Shown here: positions 53,943-57,643 of the stretch, in pieces
Position numbering within the stretch: position 1 is the stretch's first letter
Layout: each line of letters opens with the position of its first letter
Source: Ignavibacteriaceae bacterium
GTDB taxonomy: Bacteria; Bacteroidota; Ignavibacteria; Ignavibacteriales; Ignavibacteriaceae
DNA: 57,643 nucleotides
Direction: 5' to 3'
Assembly: GCA_046481785.1 (NCBI GenBank)
Contig: JAWOJF010000040.1
Coordinates: forward strand, 1 to 57,643
Notes under the pieces: model-generated
Told to the model about the DNA's origin: nothing
Seen by the model: only the letters and a program-made list of their open reading frames with translations
Database searches by the model: none
Position numbers and translations under genes: made by a program

Positions 53943-53961
53943 GTGTAACAAAATTTTACAC
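53943..53961. promoter_or_regulatory. candidate operator: 19-bp near-palindrome GTGTAACAAAATTTTACAC in the divergent GH13 / 871-aa-gene control region
   Basis: 7 of 9 symmetric positions pair (GTGTAA..TTACAC arms). Located in a 411-bp divergent intergenic region. Confidence 0.3.
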
Positions 53962-54206
53962 TTTCCTTGTTTTAACCGGGGAAACCGGTAAAAATTACGT
54001 AACTGAATTTTATAGTATAATAAAAACTGCGATATTATTAAGTATTAGATGAGGTACAATAATTGCATCCTTTATACTGAACGAACTATCTCCCGTAAGG
54101 GAAGTACAAAAAAATATATAACTGTTCATGTATAACGATTCCTCCATGGACGTCCGCGCGGGCGTCCTGGTCTTCCCGCACATATTTTCTTCATTAAACA
54201 GAAGGG

Positions 54207-56822
54207 GTGTTTATGAGAAAAGTTCATTTCAAAAAAACAAACATTAGATTTGTTTGGTTAACAGCATTTCTTTGTTTCATTTCATTTTTCTTTATCCAGG
54301 ACAATATTTTTGCACAGGTTTCAATTAAAGAAACAGTTACTTTAAATCCAAAAATCACTACGTCTAATGGACCGGATTATGATATACTTGCATTAGATGA
54401 TTACTTATGTTTAGGTGACCAATCATTTCTTGTAATATCTGCTCCATATGAAGTTTATCAACAGTATCGTGATTCAATTATTATGCTGGAAATTATTTCA
54501 GGAAATAAATCGGCTTCCTTTTATAATATAAATTCTTATATGGGTGATACCGTCTATGTACTTTTCCGTTGGCTCGATGTTATTAGAATTCACCATGATA
54601 CCCTTGGAAGTTCAACCGCAACTATTAGAGCCACCTTAAGCAATGTTGTAAGTACTACTGATATTAATTTGTCATGTGGTGGAGGTGGTGAGGGTGAGTG
54701 TTCACTCGAGTCCTATCCGGTATTTGGTGTAAGTACTCTAAGACCGGGGGAAAGTATAATTTTGCAGGCTTCACAAATGGGATCATGTCCACCCCCGGGT
54801 CCTGATTTTTCTTACAATATCAGGATTATTCAGGGTTCCGAATACGGAACTCTTCTAAACATATATACAGGTGAAAAGGCAGATCAGTTTAACGAAATAC
54901 ACCCTTATGATCTTAGCTGGTTAGCTTTTTTGTTTTTAGCTGATGGGGAAATACCGGAGTTGGCAAAGCAAATAAAAATTCATATTGGTACAAGCGATGC
55001 ATCGATTCCTTCTTCATTATTAACACTTTCAGTAAATCCATCCATTGAGGCGGTTGTTCAGTTTATTCCGGATACTTTAGCTCCGGGTGATACTGCAAAT
55101 ATTTTAATTAAAAAGAGAAATGAAGACTTATCATTAAGTAATTTTCCACCGGAAGCAACCTTTGAAATCGGAATGCTGGATGGATGTGTAAACGGAACTA
55201 TCTTAACAGAGGCCGGAACAGGCAGCTATTTTTTCGATATCCCGCAGCCGGTTAAATTTATAGCTGCTGATAGTATAGAAGGGGATAGTGGAACAGTAAA
55301 GTTAAAAATAGGAATAGTAAATGATGGTGAAATAATAGCCACAAAAAATGTAAAGGACAATAAAAATAAAACCTTTAAATCAAATAAGAACTTATATAAA
55401 GTTGCAAAAAATTATATGGGTTCGCAAATAGAAACCTGTTTTGCAGGAGATTTTAATACGTTTGATTATTGGGTGGGGGATGTTGTTCTTGGAATTGAAA
55501 ATACACCGCAAGTGCTTCTTGGCGAAAGTAAGTATTACCAGGCTAAGTTTAATATGGAGGAAATGAAAATAAAGATTGAGGAAATTATTCCTGATGAGCA
55601 GGGTGTTCCACATCAAAAATCAGGAATGGAAGGGGATTGGGATTGGATAACCGAAAAAGATCATTGGGCGGAGGTTAATGTATGGGGAGAAAATCCAGTT
55701 GGCATTATAAGAGGCGATAAACCGGGTGTTTACTGGGAGAGGGAAAAACCAATATGGGGCAAATCCGAAACATTAGATCCGGGTTTAATAAGAATAATTG
55801 GAAGATATTGGGAAGAAGACAAGGCTTATAAGGTGAAATTAACAACATCAGGTGCGCCGCCTGAATTGGCGGCTTCAATTATTATTGAAGTGATGAAACC
55901 AGAGAAAATAACCAGTACAAAGTATAAAAAACTACCAACTACAATTAAAGATGTGGATGGTAGTAATATAAATTTAGATAATTTAATTATTGAATATGCC
56001 GGTAAATCAGGCATTTTGCCGCAAATAATAAAAGCCCAGATGCTAGAGGAAAGCACCTTTAGAGCAGCATACAGGTATGAACCATTCTCTGATGCAGCAG
56101 GAGTACAATCTGATTATCGATATACAAATAACAGATATAAAGTGAAAAGTGCCGCTGATATCGGGAGCCCTTCAATTCCAGCTACTCATACAAATGTAAG
56201 ACCCCATGATTATTGGCGATATCAGGGAACAATTTGGGATTTCTTTTATGCCCACTCATCCACCTTGAATAAAGATATTGCCGTGGGTTCCGGGGATGAT
56301 TTATATCCTCAGACAAACAGTAGGGGCAGGGTCTTGTGGTATTCAAAGCCCAGAAATAAGTGGAATGAAACTTACACTAAAACCTATACTGAACAAATTG
56401 CAAATAAAAAAAATGAAAATGAAGCAATTGATCTTGCGAGGGATGAAGCAAACAAATGGCTTAAGGAACAATACAATGGTGGCATTATGAAAACTGGGAT
56501 AGCTCAAACTCGTATGGCGGCATCATATGGCATTTTGCAAGTTACATATTACAGAGCTCTTGAAGAATATGGCTATACAGAAAACAATGATAACTATCCC
56601 GAACGTTTAAACGAAGTGGAATTCGCATTAAAATTCTGGCAAGATATTCTTTTAGGTTATTTAACAAAAGAAAAAGTTTCCTCTTCTGATAATAATGAAT
56701 ATAACTGGAGAAACGGATATGAAACAACCCTACGATATGCACTGGGAAGATATAGAGGAATTAGAACAGATAGTTATGGAGAATCCATCATTAATAATTC
56801 GAAAAAATTTAATATAGAATAA
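54207..56822 (+). CDS. large secreted hypothetical protein with a divergent lytic-transglycosylase (SLT/GH23)-like C-terminal region
   Basis: Signal-like N-terminus (FVWLTAFLCFISFFFIQDNIFA). C-terminal PQIIKAQMLEESTFRAAYRYEP (E-S motif) and RMAASYGILQVTYY (GLMQ-like). The start is GTG 54207 or, more likely, ATG 54213. Confidence 0.6.
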   Translation: MFMRKVHFKKTNIRFVWLTAFLCFISFFFIQDNIFAQVSIKETVTLNPKITTSNGPDYDILALDDYLCLGDQSFLVISAPYEVYQQYRDSIIMLEIISGNKSASFYNINSYMGDTVYVLFRWLDVIRIHHDTLGSSTATIRATLSNVVSTTDINLSCGGGGEGECSLESYPVFGVSTLRPGESIILQASQMGSCPPPGPDFSYNIRIIQGSEYGTLLNIYTGEKADQFNEIHPYDLSWLAFLFLADGEIPELAKQIKIHIGTSDASIPSSLLTLSVNPSIEAVVQFIPDTLAPGDTANILIKKRNEDLSLSNFPPEATFEIGMLDGCVNGTILTEAGTGSYFFDIPQPVKFIAADSIEGDSGTVKLKIGIVNDGEIIATKNVKDNKNKTFKSNKNLYKVAKNYMGSQIETCFAGDFNTFDYWVGDVVLGIENTPQVLLGESKYYQAKFNMEEMKIKIEEIIPDEQGVPHQKSGMEGDWDWITEKDHWAEVNVWGENPVGIIRGDKPGVYWEREKPIWGKSETLDPGLIRIIGRYWEEDKAYKVKLTTSGAPPELAASIIIEVMKPEKITSTKYKKLPTTIKDVDGSNINLDNLIIEYAGKSGILPQIIKAQMLEESTFRAAYRYEPFSDAAGVQSDYRYTNNRYKVKSAADIGSPSIPATHTNVRPHDYWRYQGTIWDFFYAHSSTLNKDIAVGSGDDLYPQTNSRGRVLWYSKPRNKWNETYTKTYTEQIANKKNENEAIDLARDEANKWLKEQYNGGIMKTGIAQTRMAASYGILQVTYYRALEEYGYTENNDNYPERLNEVEFALKFWQDILLGYLTKEKVSSSDNNEYNWRNGYETTLRYALGRYRGIRTDSYGESIINNSKKFNIE

Positions 56823-56831
56823 GGTGGAATC

Positions 56832-57643
56832 ATGAATTATTCAAAAATATTCTTAATAGTTTTTCTTATTCTCTCTGCCAATAAATTTTATACACAGAAT
56901 GATCCCGTTGAACAATATAGGCAAAATATTTCCACGTTATTAGCTCAAATGACTGGTGGGAATTTTATACTTGAGTCAACTTCTTATGGTTCTTTCGTTG
57001 CTGTAGATCCATCTGATACTAATATTTCCAACTATACTGATTACGATATTTTAGATCCTGATAGTTTGTTAAATGGATATGTTTTATTCACCGCAACGGA
57101 TACGAGCAAACCTTTCAATGAAAGACAAGGTTTTGTGGGTGTTTATAAAAATGGGATTATAAAATGGTTCTCTAATGGCGTTGATAATGGTACGAGAGGC
57201 AGATTTATTGGTATTAGGGACTTAAATAACAACGGAAGTCTTGAAATAATTACAGGTTGGATCAGCGGCTTTTCTGGTCTAACAGAACAAATTTGGATCT
57301 TCTCCTGGAATGGATCGACAGCATCAATTATCAATGAAGTTGATGAAAATGGGTATTCCGAAATTTATATGGATCCACATACCTGTGTTATTCAAGATGT
57401 TGATGGAAATGGGATTTACGAAATTTTAGGACAAAGAGTTAAAAAGGTGGATACTGAAGATGATGTAGTAGATTCTGTTGAGACAAAAGTATATAGCTGG
57501 AATGGTTCTAAATTTGGATATTGGCCGAATCCTCCGGCCTATACCCCCAACTCATTCACTGTTGCAAATAATTTAAATGCAAGTGTCCATATAAATATCA
57601 CAAGATCCGGTGATTTTTTAATTTATAATTATTCAATTCAGAA
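56832..57643 (+). CDS. secreted FG-GAP/VCBS-like repeat protein, 3'-partial (runs off the window)
   Basis: Not in the ORF track. My own translation from ATG 56832 (SD AAGGTGG) gives 270 codons with no stop. Signal peptide MNYSKIFLIVFLILSANKFYTQ. Motifs IRDLNNNGSLEIITGW and IQDVDGNGIYEILG are Ca-binding FG-GAP-like. Confidence 0.7.
   Translation, partial: MNYSKIFLIVFLILSANKFYTQNDPVEQYRQNISTLLAQMTGGNFILESTSYGSFVAVDPSDTNISNYTDYDILDPDSLLNGYVLFTATDTSKPFNERQGFVGVYKNGIIKWFSNGVDNGTRGRFIGIRDLNNNGSLEIITGWISGFSGLTEQIWIFSWNGSTASIINEVDENGYSEIYMDPHTCVIQDVDGNGIYEILGQRVKKVDTEDDVVDSVETKVYSWNGSKFGYWPNPPAYTPNSFTVANNLNASVHINITRSGDFLIYNYSIQ

Overview
This 57.6-kb window has three parts. (1) nt 1-275 are a high-GC (about 67-68% in the 120 nt I counted) 3' end of a ribA-type GTP cyclohydrolase II gene. 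It is joined without any spacer to low-GC (about 35%) DNA that begins inside a 5'-truncated cheB. This looks like a chimeric join between two unrelated genomes. (2) nt ~650-43750 are an almost complete flagellar and motility regulon on the + strand. Its core gene order resembles the Bacillus fla/che operon: flgBC-fliEFGHIJ-ylxF-like-fliK-flgD-flgE, then fliLMNOPQR-flhBAFG-fliA. It continues with two HDOD paralogs, a degenerate histidine-kinase-like protein, flgFGAHIJ-flgN-like-flgKL, stator set 1 (motAB), fliW-csrA, a REC-HPt protein, stator set 2 (motAB), two REC proteins, a hypothetical and a PAS histidine kinase. The L- and P-ring genes flgH and flgI indicate a diderm host. A low-GC FCB-group or Ignavibacteria-like organism is my guess only. 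No flagellin, fliD, fliS or recognisable flgM is present. (3) nt ~43800-57643 are envelope and carbohydrate genes. On the minus strand these are DPP-IV peptidase, an operon of ECF sigma / zf-HC2-HEAT anti-sigma / DUF4097 / CBM9-DUF5916-like protein, and a GH13 amylase. On the plus strand they are an 871-aa secreted protein with a cryptic lytic-transglycosylase-like C-terminus and a partial FG-GAP-like protein. The most interesting unexplained signals are as follows. A ~73-nt three-hairpin element recurs in front of flgD and flgE with compensatory base changes and alternative pairings. TAAA-N15-TCCGATAA (sigma28-type) promoters lie inside the early operon. A 214-bp nested inverted array of palindromic units follows the flgE terminator. 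A kinase-like protein downstream of fliA lacks the phospho-acceptor His. Two phylogenetically different stator sets bracket fliW-csrA. All protein calls rest on motif recognition by eye in the supplied translations, and no database search was possible.
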